Origin: the human T2T-CHM13v2.0 reference genome, Homo sapiens
Length of the DNA stretch: 64,000 nucleotides
Reading direction: 5' to 3' (one strand)
Assembly (NCBI RefSeq): GCF_009914755.1
Contig: NC_060926.1
Part shown: positions 62,656-64,000 of the stretch, piece after piece
Layout of the letters: every line of letters starts with the position of its first letter
Numbering within the stretch: the stretch's first letter is position 1
Notes under the pieces: generated by a model
Told to the model about the DNA's origin: nothing
What the model saw: the letters and a program-made list of their open reading frames with translations, nothing else
Databases searched by the model: none
Position numbers and translations under genes: made by a program

Positions 62656-64000
62656 TGCTGAGGCTTGAGTATGTAAAAAAAGCACAGGGAAGCTCGAACT
62701 GGGTGGAGCCCACCGCAGCTCAAGGAGGCATGGCTGCCTCTGTAGACTCCACCTCTGGGGGCAGGGCATAGCCAAACAAAAGGCAGCAGAAACCTCTGCA
62801 GACTTAAATGTCCCTGTCTGACAGTTTTGAAGAGAGTAGTGGTTCTCCCAGCATGCAGCTGGAGATCTGGAATGGACAGACTGCCTCCTCAAGTGGGTGC
62901 TGACCCCCGAATAGCCTAACTGGGAGGCACTCCACAGTAGGGGCAGACTGACACCTCACATGGCCGGGTACTCCTCTGAGACAAAACTTCCAGAGGAACG
63001 ATCGGGCAGCAACATTTGCTGTTCGCCAATATCCGCTGTTCTGCAGCCTCCGCTTCTGATACCCAGGCAAACAGGGTCAGGAGTGGACCTCCAGCAAACT
63101 CCAACAGACCTGCAGCTGAGGATCCTGACTGTTAGAAGGAAAACTAACAAGCAGAAAAGACATCCACACCAAAACCCCATCTGTATGTCACCATCATCAA
63201 AGACCAAAGGTAGATAAAACCACAAAGATGGGGAAAAAACAGAGCAGAAAAACTGAAAATTCTAAAATCAGAGCGCCTCTTCTACTCTACTCCAAAGGAA
63301 CGCAGCTCCTCACCAGCAATGAAACATGGAGAATGACTTTGACGAGCTGAGAGAAGGCTTCAGACAATCAAACTACTCCAAGCTAAAGGAGGAAGTTCGA
63401 ACCCATGGCAAAGAAGTTAAAAACCTTGAAAAAAGATTAGACAAATGGCTAACTAGAATAACCAATGCAAAGAAGTCCTTAAAGGACCTGATGGAGCTGA
63501 AAACCAAGGCACGAGAACTACGTGACGAATGCACAAGCCTCAGTAGCCAATTCGATCAACTGGAAGAAAGGGTATCAGTGATGGAAGATCAAACGAATGA
63601 AATGAAGTGAGAAGAGAAGTTTAGAGAAAAAAGAATAAAAAGAAATGAACAAAGCCTCCAAGAAATATGGGACTTTGTGAAAAGACCAAATCTATGTCTG
63701 ATTGGTGTACCTGAAAGTGACAGGGAGAATGGGACCAAGTTGGAAAACACTCTGCAGGATATTATCCAGGAGAACTTCCCTAATCTAGCAAGGCAGGCCA
63801 ACATTCAGATTCAGGAAATACAGAGAACGCCACAAAGATACTCCTCAAGAAGAGCAACTCCAAGACACAGAATTGTCAGATTCACCAAAGTTGAAATGCA
63901 GGAAAAAATGTTAAGGGCAGCCAGAGAGAAAGGTCGGGTTACCCATAAAGGGAAGCCTATCAGACTAACAATGGATCTCTCGGCAGAAACTCTAGAAGGC
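62219..64000 (+). mobile_element. LINE-1 (L1PA5/PA4-like), near-complete 5'UTR, disrupted ORF1 from 63228; continues beyond the window
   Basis: ggccaaataggaacagctcc 5'UTR start; ORF1 peptide MENDFDELRE...; indels and TGA stop at 63608-63610; preceded by tt|gaaaacagcagaatc (likely TSD, EN-type site). Confidence 0.95.

Overview
Eukaryotic, repeat-rich, almost certainly human genomic DNA (it carries a human-specific AluYb8). It corresponds to the LANCL1/CPS1 head-to-head locus (2q34, recognised from the encoded protein). Three coding exons of LANCL1 (lanthionine synthetase C-like 1) lie on the minus strand: 33192-33112, 28859-28742 and 12087-11880. They splice in frame to give MAQRAFPNPY...EDCITR; the remaining exons lie left of the window. 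A CpG-island promoter at ~33.1-33.7 kb is followed on the plus strand by an exon ending in ATG|GTGAGT (34561-34563), which matches the far-upstream first exon of the long CPS1 isoform. The rest of the window would then be CPS1 intron 1. Most remaining sequence is transposable-element derived: L1PA7-, L1PA16- and L1PA5-like LINEs, a full-length Tigger2 with nested AluYb8 and LTR15, a full MaLR provirus, and many Alus, MIRs and MERs. Subfamily names come from remembered consensus sequences and need RepeatMasker confirmation. I see no wholly new gene system. The most interesting hypothesis is that the L1PA5-like element at 62.2 kb keeps an open, extended antisense ORF0 whose second splice donor is exactly in frame with the LANCL1 exon-2 acceptor 29 kb downstream on the same strand.
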